A stretch of DNA of 61,946 nt from Propionibacteriales bacterium (GTDB taxonomy: Bacteria > Actinomycetota > Actinomycetes > Propionibacteriales > Nocardioidaceae). Positions 61,819 through 61,946 of this stretch are shown here, piece by piece. The stretch covers positions 1 through 61,946 of the forward strand of contig JBBSGC010000001.1 in the NCBI GenBank assembly GCA_038254525.1. The letters are read 5' to 3'. Position numbers and translations under genes: made by a program. The notes beneath the pieces were generated by a model. The model saw nothing but the letters and a program-made list of their open reading frames with translations, did not search any database and was not told the origin of the DNA. How positions within the stretch are numbered: position 1 is the first letter of the stretch; each line of letters starts with the position of its first letter.

Positions 61819-61946
61819 GTGACCACCACGTCGTCGTGGGACGCGCCGGTCGCCCGGCCGTCCTTGAGCTCGTAGTAGTGGATGACCACCGACAGCGCGG
61901 TGATCTCCGGTGCGTCGGGATGGTGGTCCTCGTAGGCGTCGGCCAC
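61806..61946 (-). CDS. 3' end of an upstream gene (partial, 47 codons), product unknown
   Basis: Open minus-strand frame from the window edge (VADAYEDHHPDAPEITALSVVIHYYELKDGR...VVVTWRR). Its TGA overlaps the HTTM start region (ATGGCGACGGTGA). High GC3. Confidence 0.4.
   Translation of the reverse strand: MADAYEDHHPDAPEITALSVVIHYYELKDGRATGASHDDVVVTWRR

Overview
This is a high-G+C (roughly 70% by eye) actinobacterial chromosome segment. It is densely packed and mostly coded on the + strand. About 85% of it is a conserved housekeeping backbone in the gene order known from Mycobacterium and Streptomyces: gltX, tRNA-Gln/tRNA-Glu, hupB, cofC/fbiD, plsC, gpsA, ddl, thiL, rpmB, DAK2, recG, rsmD, coaD, yceD-rpmF, rnc, mutM, smc, ftsY, ffh, rpsP-KH-rimM-trmD-rplS, two lepB, rnhB, yraN-comM-dprA-xerC, rpsB-tsf-pyrH-frr-cdsA and rlmN. 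I saw no rRNA, CRISPR array, transposase, integrase (other than xerC) or prophage. The non-backbone material is: (i) two DUF222-HNH (REP13E12-like) genes, one intact (437-1861) and one frameshifted (56230-57547). Both sit behind a TGTCR-N11-TAnnnT DNA-damage (RecA-NDp/PafBC-type) promoter placed for leaderless translation, and the intact one also has a LexA-box-like palindrome. (ii) A 6.4-kb block between cdsA and rlmN holds a histidine phosphatase, a heterodimeric ABC exporter, an RNHCP zinc-ribbon gene, a 458-nt non-coding gap and the HNH pseudogene. It is bracketed by an imperfect 26-nt direct repeat. (iii) A thioesterase plus a BlaI/M56 sensor pair lie between smc and ftsY. (iv) Beyond rlmN there is an orphan ABC-type ATPase + SGNH hydrolase cassette, an SDR and an HTTM membrane protein. 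(v) An Ada-AlkA fusion with ogt follows the tRNAs. A recurring feature that gene calls do not explain is the large number of short (7, 11, 12, 13 and 15 bp) head-to-tail tandem repeats. They occur in intergenic spacers (rpmB/DAK2, trmD/rplS, ddl/DUF3515, rnc/mutM, upstream of smc and hupB) and in frame at the N- or C-termini of housekeeping proteins (HU, S16, S2, LepB, a Cys/Met PLP enzyme, DUF3515, SMC). I found no convincing complete novel multi-gene system. The best candidates for follow-up are the cdsA-rlmN block, the damage-inducible HNH promoters and the ATPase-SGNH pair. All functional calls rest on motif recognition by eye; no database search was run.
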